Notes: a model not told the origin generated them from the letters alone. Counted from the stretch's first letter, positions 1 to 10,225 are shown. The stretch: DNA of 64,000 nucleotides from Acidobacteriota bacterium (GCA_963664705.1 OY761556.1:3232001-3296000), one strand, 5' to 3'. Numbers and translations: made by a program.

Positions 1-366
1 CGCGTCGATGCACTGATTCAGGTTATTTTTGATTTTATTGAAATCGCCATTATACGTGTCGGTAATCTTGGGCGGGATTTCGCCTTTCGATATATTTTCC
101 ACATAATCTGCAGCGACATTCAGAGGCTGAACAATACCATCGATAAGTTGGTTGACGCATTCCAGGATTTCCCGATCCTGGCCTACCAAGTCATCAATAC
201 CGGCTCTGGCATTCAAGTTTCCGGACTTTATTTCATTGGTCAAGTCCCAAACTCTTTCAAAGACAACACCCTCAGCGATGCCGTTCATTTCAGGATCAAG
301 GCGCTTTTTGGGGCGCACCGGGGGAGGGGTGGTTCCGGTGATCCTACCATTAACCTTGGTTGGCAT
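1..366 (-). CDS. Methyl-accepting chemotaxis protein, soluble poly-HAMP type (5' part; runs off the window)
   Basis: Not in the ORF track. Manual translation from ATG at 366 (RBS AGGAGAG upstream) gives MPTKVNGRITG...LNVAADYVENISKGEIPPKITDTYNGDFNKIKNNLNQCIDA, a motif typical of poly-HAMP MCPs. Lies in a che operon. Confidence 0.8.
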   Translation of the reverse strand, partial: MPTKVNGRITGTTPPPVRPKKRLDPEMNGIAEGVVFERVWDLTNEIKSGNLNARAGIDDLVGQDREILECVNQLIDGIVQPLNVAADYVENISKGEIPPKITDTYNGDFNKIKNNLNQCIDA

Positions 367-413
367 AGTAATCGACTCTCCTAATTGTTTTTATATTTCC
401 TATTCACTTAAAC

Positions 414-1109
414 TCACCTGTTTCCTTTGTAAACGGTCGCGCTTTCCGGTGGGCAAAGGCATCGATCCTGTTCCTTTGCCTGCTCACCTCCTTTCTGCAG
501 ACTTGCATGCAGACGTATGCTCTCGCGAATTATTCTCAGCGAATCAGTCAATTGCTGTCGGGCTCCCTGGCAAACGGGATTGCCATGGCCGAAATAGATC
601 TTTTCGATATTCCGGGTGCAAAGCCTTTTCATCGTGGCCACAAAATCCGGGCTATAGGTGCCTCCGACCGAGTGAATAATCACCGGTGAATCACCCACAA
701 AGATCACGCCTTCCTCCTCGCACAGGAGCGAGATGGAATCCTCCGTATGGCCCGGCGTATGGACGACTTCAAAGTCGCGGTCTCCACACCGTATCTTTTC
801 CCCGTTGGACAGCACTCGATCGACTCCATCGAGATATGGAGAAAAGGCCAGAACTTCCGGGTTGTATACTTGGCGGATCAAGGGCAGGATAGAGGTATGA
901 TCCGAATGTCCGTGAGTCAGGATCACCCGCTCAACCTTTCGTTTTCCAACACCCGTATTTGCTCGATCCAGAGTCTCCAGGATGGAAGGGTCCGCCCCTA
1001 CATCTATCAGAGTGTTTACGTCTTCTAAGCGTTTCCATTCGCCTGTAATGAGAAAAACGTTGCAGGTGTACACCTTGTCGTTTTTTCCCTCCAGCCGAAT
1101 CAGACGCAT
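414..1109 (-). CDS. MBL-fold metallo-hydrolase
   Basis: THGHSDH (HxHxDH), HTPGHT, GD and GHG motifs. Start reassigned to MRLIRLEG at 1109, overlapping the end of cheR. Confidence 0.85.
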   Translation of the reverse strand: MRLIRLEGKNDKVYTCNVFLITGEWKRLEDVNTLIDVGADPSILETLDRANTGVGKRKVERVILTHGHSDHTSILPLIRQVYNPEVLAFSPYLDGVDRVLSNGEKIRCGDRDFEVVHTPGHTEDSISLLCEEEGVIFVGDSPVIIHSVGGTYSPDFVATMKRLCTRNIEKIYFGHGNPVCQGARQQLTDSLRIIRESIRLHASLQKGGEQAKEQDRCLCPPESATVYKGNR

Positions 1110-1717
1110 ACTGGTACCTCGATTTTGCGATACAGCTGCGCATCCGCCACGAGGGGCTCGAAATAGGGCACGGCCTCTTCGGGAAGCTTCTGAGTATGCT
1201 CTGTAACAAACAACCCGCCCGGTTCCAGCGCCTTGTGAAACATTTTGATAACCTCCACGCGTTCCGAACTCTGGAAATGCAGCAGCACGTTTTTGCAAAC
1301 GACCAGGCTGAAGTTGTCTCGCACTGGAGAAAAACTGAGCAAATCGTGATGATGTATTTTCATTCGGGCCCGGAGGGTCTCAACGACACGGTAGCTTTCC
1401 GTGTTTCCATTCAGCGGCTCAAAATATTTTCTGAAATACTCCGATGGAACGCGTTTGAGTTCTTCCATCGGATAGGTGGCGGCTTCCAGAGTCTTCAGCA
1501 GCGGAGCATCATAGTCCGATGCGTGAATCTCCAGATTTCGGAAGCCGAACTGCCCCATGTTTTCCGCGAGGAGAATGGCCAGCGTATATGGCTCATGGCC
1601 CATTGCGCAACCCGCATCCCATATGCGTATCCTGCTCCTACCGGTAACGTGCGGAAGCAGATGTTCGATTGCGAGTTCCAGACAAGTCAGGTCGCGGAAA
1701 AAAAACGTAAAAGCCAT
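1100..1717 (-). CDS. cheR: Chemotaxis methyltransferase CheR (short form, catalytic domain only)
   Basis: TFFFRD, IWDAGCAMGHEPYTLA and VCKNVLLHF motifs. Confidence 0.9.
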   Translation of the reverse strand: MAFTFFFRDLTCLELAIEHLLPHVTGRSRIRIWDAGCAMGHEPYTLAILLAENMGQFGFRNLEIHASDYDAPLLKTLEAATYPMEELKRVPSEYFRKYFEPLNGNTESYRVVETLRARMKIHHHDLLSFSPVRDNFSLVVCKNVLLHFQSSERVEVIKMFHKALEPGGLFVTEHTQKLPEEAVPYFEPLVADAQLYRKIEVPVCV

Positions 1718-3823
1718 TTAATGCACCCTCATAGACAACGGAGCTCTCTCCGCTTTTTTCAAGAGCTTGGGCAGGTCCAAAATAAGAGCCACATTGCCCT
1801 CGCCCAAAACCGTAGCCCCGGAGATTTCCTCAATATTCTTCAGGGCTCTTCCCAGAGTCTTGATTACGGTCTGATGCTGTCCGATCACCTGGTCCACAAC
1901 AAAACCCACGCATCGTTGATCGATTTCGGCGGTGACAATCTGTTCGAGGTCCGGTGGTTTGCCTTCGATATTGAGAAGTTCTCGAAGCGGAATATAGGGA
2001 ACGAGTTCCCCTCGAATCGTAGCGAGGTTCTTTCCCATCGCACGATCCCGTTCCGTGCGCTGGAGAGTCACGCATTCCTTGATTGCGGAAAGCGGCATCA
2101 CAAAGTGATCCTCCGCAATCTTCACCAGGAGACCGTCGATAATGGCCAGAGTCAAGGGCAGGCGCAGCGTGATGATGGTTCCCACACCTTTTGTGCTCGC
2201 AATGGCGATGGATCCCTGCAACGCATCGATGTTTCGGCGAACCACATCCATGCCAACGCCCCGGCCGCTGATATTTGTTATCTTTTCAGCCGTCGAAAAC
2301 CCGGGGGCCAGAATGAGCGCAAACAGTTCTGATTCCTGCATTTGGGCATCAGGCGTGATGAGTCCTTTTTCGATGGCTTTCGCCCGGATGGCTTCTGTAT
2401 CCAAACCGGCGCCGTCATCCTTGATCTGAATAACCACGCTGGCTCCCGAATGGGCCGCAGACAGGGCTATGGTCCCTTGCGCCGGCTTGCCCTGTGCGAG
2501 TCGTTCCTCGGGCCTCTCGATACCGTGATCTATACTGTTGCGAATCAGATGAACCAATGGATCATTCAATCTTTCGATGACGGTCTTATCCAGCTCCGTC
2601 TCCCCGCCATCTGTTACCAGAACGATCTCTTTCTTCAATTCCGATGCCAGGTCGCGAACCAGGCGATTGAACTTACTGAAGGTTGTCCCGATGGGAAGCA
2701 TGCGGATGCTCATGGTAGTGTCCCGCAATTCCGCAACAAGGCGCGCCACTTCATCCGCACACTGCAGCAGTGCCGGATGCCCCTGTTTGTTGGCAATTTG
2801 CGTGAGGCGCGACTGAACCGTGACGAGCTCGCCCACCATATTGACGAGGCTGTCGAGCTTTTCCGCCGGGACACGAATGCTGTGGGCCTGCTCGGCCGAG
2901 GCCTTTTTCTGGTGGACCTCCTTCAACTGATCCTGCTCGGCCAGTGCAGCGGCAACTTTGTCCGCGGTAACCGCATTGCCCTCGACCAGCATCTGGCCAA
3001 GGCGCGGCTGCGCTTCCAGGTACCGAATCAATTCTTCAGTGGATATATCGCCACGATCCACAAGAATCTCGCCGATCCGTTTGACACTTCCGGCCGGATC
3101 AACCGATCCCGTCTCGCTGATCGTCTCGATGGCAAGACTGCAATCGTCTTCAACAAATATGAAGACATCCTTAATGGCATTAATGCCCCTCTCGGTTGTG
3201 AGAATGATATCCCAGTGCATATAGCACATCTCGGGATCGAGATCGTCCAGCACAGGAAGTGCTTCCGTCTGGGCTATCACGCGGCATTCCCCGAGCATCT
3301 TCAGTTCATTCAGCAATCCCAGGGGGTTGGTCCCATTGGCGAGAATCTGCAGCGCCGGCTGGAACCGAATTCGATAGGTACGTTCCGCCGACTCCGCCGC
3401 TGTGGCAGGCTGCGCTTTGGGTGCATCTCCCGTGGCGGATTCGCTTGTTGGAAGCAGCATTTTCCTGAAGGCAGTGACAAGAGAGGAAACGGTTTCATCA
3501 GACGAGCAGTCTTTCTCAGGATTGTCTATCATCCCACGGATCTGATCGCAAGCGGCAAGCGTCAGGTCAATAAGCTCTTTTGACACCCGAAGCTTTCCAT
3601 TTCGGATCAGATCATAGATGGTCTCCACGTCATGCGTGAAGGCGGCAACCTGGGTGAACCCGAACATAGCCCCAGATCCTTTGATCGTGTGCATCGCGCG
3701 GAAAACGCTGCCGATGACATCGCGGTTGTCAGGTTCCTTTTCCAGCTCAAGCAACGAATTCTCTAATTCGCCCAGGAGTTCTCCCGCTTCCTCCCGGAAT
3801 GCTTCCCTGTGACGATCCATCAT
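1718..3823 (-). CDS. cheA: Chemotaxis histidine kinase CheA
   Basis: Hpt FRAMHTIKG, HLIRNSIDHGIE, SGRGVGMDVV, C-terminal CheW-like domain. Confidence 0.97.
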   Translation of the reverse strand: MMDRHREAFREEAGELLGELENSLLELEKEPDNRDVIGSVFRAMHTIKGSGAMFGFTQVAAFTHDVETIYDLIRNGKLRVSKELIDLTLAACDQIRGMIDNPEKDCSSDETVSSLVTAFRKMLLPTSESATGDAPKAQPATAAESAERTYRIRFQPALQILANGTNPLGLLNELKMLGECRVIAQTEALPVLDDLDPEMCYMHWDIILTTERGINAIKDVFIFVEDDCSLAIETISETGSVDPAGSVKRIGEILVDRGDISTEELIRYLEAQPRLGQMLVEGNAVTADKVAAALAEQDQLKEVHQKKASAEQAHSIRVPAEKLDSLVNMVGELVTVQSRLTQIANKQGHPALLQCADEVARLVAELRDTTMSIRMLPIGTTFSKFNRLVRDLASELKKEIVLVTDGGETELDKTVIERLNDPLVHLIRNSIDHGIERPEERLAQGKPAQGTIALSAAHSGASVVIQIKDDGAGLDTEAIRAKAIEKGLITPDAQMQESELFALILAPGFSTAEKITNISGRGVGMDVVRRNIDALQGSIAIASTKGVGTIITLRLPLTLAIIDGLLVKIAEDHFVMPLSAIKECVTLQRTERDRAMGKNLATIRGELVPYIPLRELLNIEGKPPDLEQIVTAEIDQRCVGFVVDQVIGQHQTVIKTLGRALKNIEEISGATVLGEGNVALILDLPKLLKKAERAPLSMRVH

Positions 3824-4185
3824 CCGAGCACCTTTTTCACAACAGCAACGAGTTGTTCAGGTTTGAACGGTTTAACAATCCAGCCGGTAGCCCCGGCCAT
3901 TTTCCCTTCCTGCTTTTTTTCGGCCTGGGATTCCGTGGTTAACATGACGATGGGCGTGAACTTGAACTCCGGCATTCCACGCAGCGCCTTGATGAGCCCG
4001 ATACCATCGAGGTTCGGCATGTTTAAGTCGGTGATGACCAGATTCACCGGCGATCCGGCTATCTTTGAAAGGGCATCCTGCCCATCCACAGCCTCCATGA
4101 CGTCATAGCCAGCATCCTTCAGTGTGAAACTGACCATCTGCCTGACGCTTGCAGAGTCATCCACGCTCATGATGGTTTTGCTCAT
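3820..4185 (-). CDS. cheY: Chemotaxis response regulator CheY
   Basis: Single REC domain MSKTIMSVDD...TDLNMP...GWIVKPF. Start reassigned to 4185. Confidence 0.92.
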   Translation of the reverse strand: MSKTIMSVDDSASVRQMVSFTLKDAGYDVMEAVDGQDALSKIAGSPVNLVITDLNMPNLDGIGLIKALRGMPEFKFTPIVMLTTESQAEKKQEGKMAGATGWIVKPFKPEQLVAVVKKVLG

Positions 4186-4517
4186 CTGACTTCTCCAGAC
4201 TTCCATAGGCAGGTCGCATTCCGATCGAGGACACAACCGTGTTCGCGTTCGAGCCCTAACCCACGCCAAACGCTTGCCAGTGCAGCAGGGACCGGAGTGG
4301 TAATCCGAAAACTTGAACCATTTTTGAGTGCACTGCGGTGCGCCGAGCACAGAAGCTGCAGCCCGGTTGTATCGATCGCGGTGACCCCGGACAGATCCAG
4401 TTCAAGGCTGCCCGCGCGTTGAAACGCTGTCAGTACCTGCTGCCTTATCTCCTGGATACGCTGGATCACGAGTTCTCCCTCCAGCGCTATCACCTCATAT
4501 TTCTCTGAAGGCTCCAT
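4182..4517 (-). CDS. STAS domain protein
   Basis: LDLSGVTAIDTTGLQLL STAS motif, directly upstream of cheY. Confidence 0.85.
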   Translation of the reverse strand: MEPSEKYEVIALEGELVIQRIQEIRQQVLTAFQRAGSLELDLSGVTAIDTTGLQLLCSAHRSALKNGSSFRITTPVPAALASVWRGLGLEREHGCVLDRNATCLWKSGEVR

Positions 4518-4531
4518 ATTCCCTCCAGCTC

Positions 4532-6325
4532 CTAAAAGAGCTCCACGTTGTCGCCCAGGTCGTCCGCCCCGCCCGAATCCATAAGGCCCGGGTCAACCTC
4601 CACGGAAAGGCACTCGCTATCGCCCGAAGGTTCCAGGCAGCTTCGATGAACGTCCCGTTCCTGCTGCATCGTGTAGGAGGCTTCCATTGCCTCGATCTCG
4701 GATCTTCTCGAAGATTGGAATCCTTCCGGAAGCACAAGGCGTGAACCTGCAACCAGGTCGTCAATAGCAAGGCTGACCTTCTCGATCTCGCCAATCAGCA
4801 ATGCCGGAGATCGGAATTGCCCAACGGCGTCGGAGACATCCGTAAACAGCGAGCCTCCCAGGCCTTCTATTTCCTGCAGCGTCTTGTCTGCATTCCCATC
4901 TGCAGCCTGCATGCCCATGACAATCTCACGGATCTCTTTGCCAAACGCGGCGGCAGCATCGCGGGTCCATTTCGTGCCTTCGGTATTGCTTGAGGAAAGA
5001 CTCCGGGCAAGACCGGTAACACCATTTAACGCCTCTGTGATTTCGACGATCTCATTCGCGGTTTGTGAGGCAAGGTGCCGCGTCTCCTTTGCCAGGACGC
5101 CAAGAGTAATCCCGTCCTTTCCAATCCGGGCAGCGTTCAGACTCGCGTTCAGAACGCTGATTTTTACTCCCTTGCCGATTCTCTGAATGTCATCGGTGAA
5201 TGAAGCCATCTCTTCCACCGAATCAGCGACTGAGCTCATGGAGGAAAGAATGTGGCCGTTAATCGACGCATATTCGGAATAAGCATCGACGATGGAATCA
5301 AGGCCATTTTCCAGATCCGCCAGAAAAGAAGTGCCGCCGGCTTCGGACTGGCCGGCCAGTTTCCTGGCCTGCATCGTGATTGAATTGATTTCCTGAACCA
5401 GCGCAAGGAGATTCTGTTTCAGTCTGGCTACAGCCTGCTCAAAATCATCCTTGGCAAGCCGTAACTGTACGGACTGAATCCGGCTTACGTCCGAAATAAA
5501 GGCAATATCGTCATGGGTCGCAGCTTCGCATTCCGCGGGCAAGCCGGTTTTTCGAATAGCGTCGGTGGCATGTTCAATTCGCTGCCGGGTAATATCGTGC
5601 GATTGCAGGGAAGCCACAATATCGCTGATGTGCCTTGCAATGGTCTGATATTCCGACGAAAGCTCTCCCAGCATCGAGGAGGATAATTCGCGCTTGCTGC
5701 CCAACTGTCCGAGATTGGAGAGAATCCTGTTCAAAACAGGGTTTGCATCCCCCGCCTGCCGTTTTTCATTTTGCGAAATATCCGCAAGGTTTCGATGAAT
5801 CAGCTGGTCAAGCGAGGCGGAGCGTTCTTCCAACTCCATGGATTTGGCGCGAATCTCATTCCCCAGCGATTTCAAGTTGTCGGCCACAGTCTGAAAACCG
5901 GTCGCGGATTCCTCAAATCGAGCGTTTTCGATTTTCAGGAGCACGCATATGATGTCGATCTGTTTTGTGATCCGCTCAAGCTGCCTGAAATGGAGGCGTA
6001 TCCCACGGAAGCGTGCCAGGATTGTGTTGAGTACGTCCTTGCCCTGGCCCGTACCGGACTCCATCCGCTGAATTTCATCTTTCAGCTTGCGCAGGCTTTC
6101 GATGGCATGTTCCAGCAGTGATCCGCCCATCGCGGAAGCGATTGTGTTGGCTTTTGCGGCAGCTTCCCTGGACCTGTAGACAAATTCCTGCAGGCGCCCG
6201 CCCATGTGCAGGAATTCCTCTTCCGACTCGTGCGTCACACGATCGAGCGGGTCAATCGATTGGATCAGAACCCTGTGGGAATCCAGAAAATTTCTTTCCG
6301 GAGTAGGTTCAAGAGTCTGTCCCAT
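4532..6325 (-). CDS. Cytoplasmic MCP-like coiled-coil chemotaxis protein with CheZ-like DxxxQ motif
   Basis: Two degenerate MCP signalling hairpins (ENARFEESATGFQTVA; LNASLNAARIG...GVLAKE), LQSHDITRQRIEH, tail DLGDNVELF. Start set at MGQTLE because the longer ORF start lies inside a terminator. Confidence 0.7.
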   Translation of the reverse strand: MGQTLEPTPERNFLDSHRVLIQSIDPLDRVTHESEEEFLHMGGRLQEFVYRSREAAAKANTIASAMGGSLLEHAIESLRKLKDEIQRMESGTGQGKDVLNTILARFRGIRLHFRQLERITKQIDIICVLLKIENARFEESATGFQTVADNLKSLGNEIRAKSMELEERSASLDQLIHRNLADISQNEKRQAGDANPVLNRILSNLGQLGSKRELSSSMLGELSSEYQTIARHISDIVASLQSHDITRQRIEHATDAIRKTGLPAECEAATHDDIAFISDVSRIQSVQLRLAKDDFEQAVARLKQNLLALVQEINSITMQARKLAGQSEAGGTSFLADLENGLDSIVDAYSEYASINGHILSSMSSVADSVEEMASFTDDIQRIGKGVKISVLNASLNAARIGKDGITLGVLAKETRHLASQTANEIVEITEALNGVTGLARSLSSSNTEGTKWTRDAAAAFGKEIREIVMGMQAADGNADKTLQEIEGLGGSLFTDVSDAVGQFRSPALLIGEIEKVSLAIDDLVAGSRLVLPEGFQSSRRSEIEAMEASYTMQQERDVHRSCLEPSGDSECLSVEVDPGLMDSGGADDLGDNVELF

Positions 6326-6348
6326 GTGCCATCCATACTGTTTGGGCC

Positions 6349-6406
6349 AAAAAAAAAGGCATTGCGGGCAGCTGGATTCGTAAAATCCATCTGCCTGCAA
6401 TGCCTT
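6349..6406 (-). terminator. Intrinsic terminator in the 5' leader of the che operon
   Basis: AAGGCATTGCAGGCAGATGGATT-loop-AATCCAGCTGCCCGCAATGCC followed by T9 on the minus strand. Confidence 0.8.
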
Positions 6407-6473
6407 CAACTTGCAGGGCCGACTCCCTGCACGAAAAGGTGACCGGCATCACAAGCGCCGGTAATCACTCTGC

Positions 6474-6501
6474 AGATCGGCTCAAGTCATGCAAAACTTT
6501 A
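6474..6501 (-). promoter_or_regulatory. sigma28/sigmaD-like promoter
   Basis: TAAAGTTT-N12-GCCGATCT (TAAA-N16-GCCGAT) upstream of chemotaxis genes. Confidence 0.65.
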
Positions 6502-6925
6502 TGGCCCGAAATAGGGAATCTGCCTGATCCGGCACCTTCGAAAAAATCTCTCTAGTGCACCTGCATTATCATTCGGATGCAGACATGGGAACAACGGACT
6601 AGCTGCAGTAAAATATCTCCGGACCTTTACTGCATGTCATTGAATAATTGAGATTTATTTTTCGGGTTGCGCACCGGGCCAGGCACAAATCGGTTGGGCT
6701 CTGCACTCGATATGCCCGACCGGTCGTCTCTCATTGCCCCAGGGGAAAAACGCAGAGTCCCGATCCATCAGGTCCCGCCGGATAAACGGATACTAAAGGA
6801 ATTTGCTTTTCAATTCCTGAAATATGAAAAAAATGCTTCCCCCAGCGATCCCCATGCAAATGAAACAGGGAGTTTTCGGTATTCCCGGTCTCGTCGGCCG
6901 GGCTGCGTCGCTTACCGTGGACTCT

Positions 6926-8353
6926 TTATTGGCGCGTGCCCAGATCCTTCAGCCGAGTGCCCTTTTTAAGATTCAGTTCCAGTTCTTCGAGGGTAATGCC
7001 CTTTGTCTCAGGAACGAACAGAGCGACAAAGAAGATCGAGAGAACGCAGAATCCCGCAAAGACATAGAAGATGGACGCATTCCCGTATGCATTCATAAAC
7101 GAGAGCGCATTGGCCATGACGAGACCCGCGAATGTCCAATTCACCATGGTGGTGATTGTCATCCCAACCTCGCGTCCTTCCAGAGGAAAGATCTCGGAGC
7201 AAACCAGCCATACGACCGGCCCCCAGGAAACGGCGAAACCGAAAATGTAGAGAATGGCCGAAACCAGCAGCACCATTTTGGGCGCTCCGCCGATGAGGGC
7301 AGGGTCGGAGATACCGCCGATTGCGTGAAAAGCCATGCCGGATGCAACCATGGTAACCAGCATTGCGACGGCTCCCACATACAGCAGTTTTTTGCGCCCC
7401 CATTTCTCTACCAGGTGAATTGCGGGAAAGGTGAACAGCATGTTGACGGTAGGCACCGTCATCATGGCGAGCAGGCCTTTCATGCCCGCGTATCCGAAAA
7501 TAGTCGGCGAATAGTAGATCATCATATTGATGCCGACCAACTGTTGGAACGCCTGGAGCAGAACTCCGACAACGAGAACTTTGAGGAAATAGCCGCGGAA
7601 GACTATGCCGATGCCTGCTCCCTGCGGCCCATGAAGAGCTTCTTCGATTTCTCCAATTTCCCTGTCGATTTCAGACTGGGTATTCAGCGTTCTGCGCAGA
7701 ACAGCGATCGCCTGATCCTTCCGACCTTTGAGCATCAGCCATCTCGGACTCTCAGGCAGGATAAAGCTGCCCGCAAACATCAATGCCGCAAACAGCGTTA
7801 CCGTGAGAAACATCATGGGCAATGAGGTCGCGGTGCTGGTGAAGGCCCGCGCGATAAATACATTGCTCAAAGCAATCAGGAAGATGCCGATGGTGATCAG
7901 CAACTGAAAGAGCGTGCCCATTGCACCGCGGATTGCAGCGGGTGCCGTCTCGGACAGATAAAGGGGCACGATAAAGGAGGCAATTCCGACGCCAAATCCC
8001 AACGCAAAACGGCAGGCCGACAAAACCGGAAGCGGCGGTAGCAGCGCCGAATAAGCCGACGCGGCCGTGAAGATAAGGCCTGCGAGAACTAGGCTCCGCT
8101 TACGGCCCAGAAATCTGGCAAAAATCCCTGAAAGAAGCGCGCCGAAGATGCCACCGGTAGCGAGGATGGCGGAGTAGCTCTCTTTGTCGTGTACGGCGAA
8201 CTTATAGTGCTCCGTCAGAGTATCGAGCGAATTAGCAATAAATCCCTGATCCAACCCGAATAGGAGTCCGCCCAAGGCCGCAACCATGCAAATAACGTAA
8301 ACGATGGTTTTGTATCCTCCTGCCTGAGTTCCCCCTGCCTGATTCTGTCCCAT
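6926..8353 (-). CDS. Sugar porter family MFS transporter (GalP/XylE-like)
   Basis: GGLLFGLD, GRK, PESPRWL, QQLVGIN and PETKG motifs; about 12 TM segments. Confidence 0.93.
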   Translation of the reverse strand: MGQNQAGGTQAGGYKTIVYVICMVAALGGLLFGLDQGFIANSLDTLTEHYKFAVHDKESYSAILATGGIFGALLSGIFARFLGRKRSLVLAGLIFTAASAYSALLPPLPVLSACRFALGFGVGIASFIVPLYLSETAPAAIRGAMGTLFQLLITIGIFLIALSNVFIARAFTSTATSLPMMFLTVTLFAALMFAGSFILPESPRWLMLKGRKDQAIAVLRRTLNTQSEIDREIGEIEEALHGPQGAGIGIVFRGYFLKVLVVGVLLQAFQQLVGINMMIYYSPTIFGYAGMKGLLAMMTVPTVNMLFTFPAIHLVEKWGRKKLLYVGAVAMLVTMVASGMAFHAIGGISDPALIGGAPKMVLLVSAILYIFGFAVSWGPVVWLVCSEIFPLEGREVGMTITTMVNWTFAGLVMANALSFMNAYGNASIFYVFAGFCVLSIFFVALFVPETKGITLEELELNLKKGTRLKDLGTRQ

Positions 8354-8572
8354 GCGATCTCCTTCCCGCCTTTATAATGGCTGCCAACATCAGTCTTTCA
8401 CAGGATTTGTGCAGATTCTACAAAGAGAGGCGCAATAAAAATACCAAAATATATCTGAAGATGGACAAAACACGGCGCGGCGAGCCATCCATTCTCCCTA
8501 TCAAATTGATTTTGCCTCTATGCTATAGTGGAATTCCTCATAACCATAGATTGCAAAGCCGAGGGATAAACC

Positions 8573-10225
8573 TTGTTGGATATACTGGCGCAAAACCCGC
8601 TCTTACTTTTGTTCACCATCATAGGCTTAGGATATCTCGTCGGCAACATCAGCATTTCCGGCTTGAAACTGGGCGTGGCTGCCGTTTTGTTCGTGGGAAT
8701 GTTTTTCGGCGCCCTGGATCGCAGGCTGAGCCTGCCGGACCATATCTATATTATCGGTGTCGTTCTCTTTGTTTACTCCATGGGACTTCAATCCGGTCAT
8801 GGATTTTTTGCCTCATTCCGAAAACGGGGGCTTCGTTTCAGCATAATCGCAACCATCATCCTCGCGGTTGGAGGCGTCGCTTCGATCGTGGCAGGAAAAT
8901 TGATGGGACTCTCTGCCCCGACCATCGCGGGTCTCTTCTGCGGGTCGCTGACAAGTACCCCCGCCATGGCTACGGCGGTGGAAACAACCAAAAACCTGAC
9001 GACCAACCTTTCTCCGGAAATCAGAGAGCTCTACGCAAGCAGCCCGGTGGTCGCCTACGGATTAACGTATCCCTTCGGCGTTTTCGGCGTCATCCTTTTG
9101 TTTTTCATTTCAAACAAAATTCTGAAGGTGGATCCGGCCCGGGAATCGGTAGCGGCTCAAAAGGAATCGGAAAAGGAGACTATCTTCAGCCGCACCTTTA
9201 ATGTAACAAACCCGGCAATCGTTGGGAAAACGGTGGAGGAAGTATTGACGCCTATGGGAGAGTGCGGCTTCGTACTCACCCGCATACGGAAAGGCAACAA
9301 TACCGAAATTGTCACGTCTCAGACCGTTCTGGGCTTGGGAAACCACATCGTTGCCGCCGGCGATGGCGCTGCCTTGCAGCGGGCTCAACTGATTTTTGGC
9401 GAACTCGCATCGGAACATCTTCCTTCGGGACTTGGCAATATTCGCTATCGAAGAATGTTTGTGTCGAACAAGGCTGTCGTCGGAAAAACAATCCGCGAGC
9501 TGAATCTTACCCATGAGCTGCATGCCATTATCACCCGCCTGCGCCGGGGCGACATCGATATCGTTCCCACACCCGACACGGTTCTGGAAATGGGAGATCG
9601 TATCCGCGTTCTCACCCAGCAGGAGAACATGGAACGCGCGACAAAATATTTCGGCGACTCGCTGAAATCGATTACGGAGACCGACTATCTGTCACTCTCG
9701 CTGGGAATAGTCCTCGGTGTTTTCCTTGGCATGATCCCGATTCCACTCTCCCACGGACTGAGCTTTAAGCTGGGATTTGGCGGTGGACCGCTGGTGATGG
9801 GACTGATTCTCGGGCGGCTGGAACGAACCGGCCCGATTACCTGGGAAATGCCCTTTAATGCCAACCTGGTTCTGCGGCAGGTTGGATTGGTTTTCTTTCT
9901 TTCGACAATCGGGACAAAAGCCGGCTTCGGCTTCAGTGCAATTTTCCGATCAGGCGGGTGGGGATTGATTGTGGCGGGCATCGCGATCACTACCATGATT
10001 ACGATGACAACGGTCCTGATCGGCTATAAGTACTTGAAACTGCCAATGGCCGCCGTTATGGGACTGATGTCGGGCATACAGACGCAATCGGCATGCCTCG
10101 TATATGCCAATCAGCAAACCGACACCGATCTGCCCAATGTGTGGTATACCACGGTGTATCCGGCCTCCATGGTTGCCAAGATCATCATCGCGCAACTCCT
10201 TATTTCCACGCTGCTGCTTCATTAA
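8573..10225 (+). CDS. AspT/YidE/YbjL family antiporter with two TrkA-C domains
   Basis: Duplicated hydrophobic domains, GSLTSTPA, YGLTYPFG, GGPLVMGLILG, central RCK-C repeats. Confidence 0.9.
   Translation: MLDILAQNPLLLLFTIIGLGYLVGNISISGLKLGVAAVLFVGMFFGALDRRLSLPDHIYIIGVVLFVYSMGLQSGHGFFASFRKRGLRFSIIATIILAVGGVASIVAGKLMGLSAPTIAGLFCGSLTSTPAMATAVETTKNLTTNLSPEIRELYASSPVVAYGLTYPFGVFGVILLFFISNKILKVDPARESVAAQKESEKETIFSRTFNVTNPAIVGKTVEEVLTPMGECGFVLTRIRKGNNTEIVTSQTVLGLGNHIVAAGDGAALQRAQLIFGELASEHLPSGLGNIRYRRMFVSNKAVVGKTIRELNLTHELHAIITRLRRGDIDIVPTPDTVLEMGDRIRVLTQQENMERATKYFGDSLKSITETDYLSLSLGIVLGVFLGMIPIPLSHGLSFKLGFGGGPLVMGLILGRLERTGPITWEMPFNANLVLRQVGLVFFLSTIGTKAGFGFSAIFRSGGWGLIVAGIAITTMITMTTVLIGYKYLKLPMAAVMGLMSGIQTQSACLVYANQQTDTDLPNVWYTTVYPASMVAKIIIAQLLISTLLLH

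Noticed and set aside
6326-6600. c-di-GMP riboswitch upstream of the che operon
   Set aside because: The GEMM-I features (GGCAAA..GAAA tetraloop and receptor) were not found by eye; kept only as an unassigned leader.
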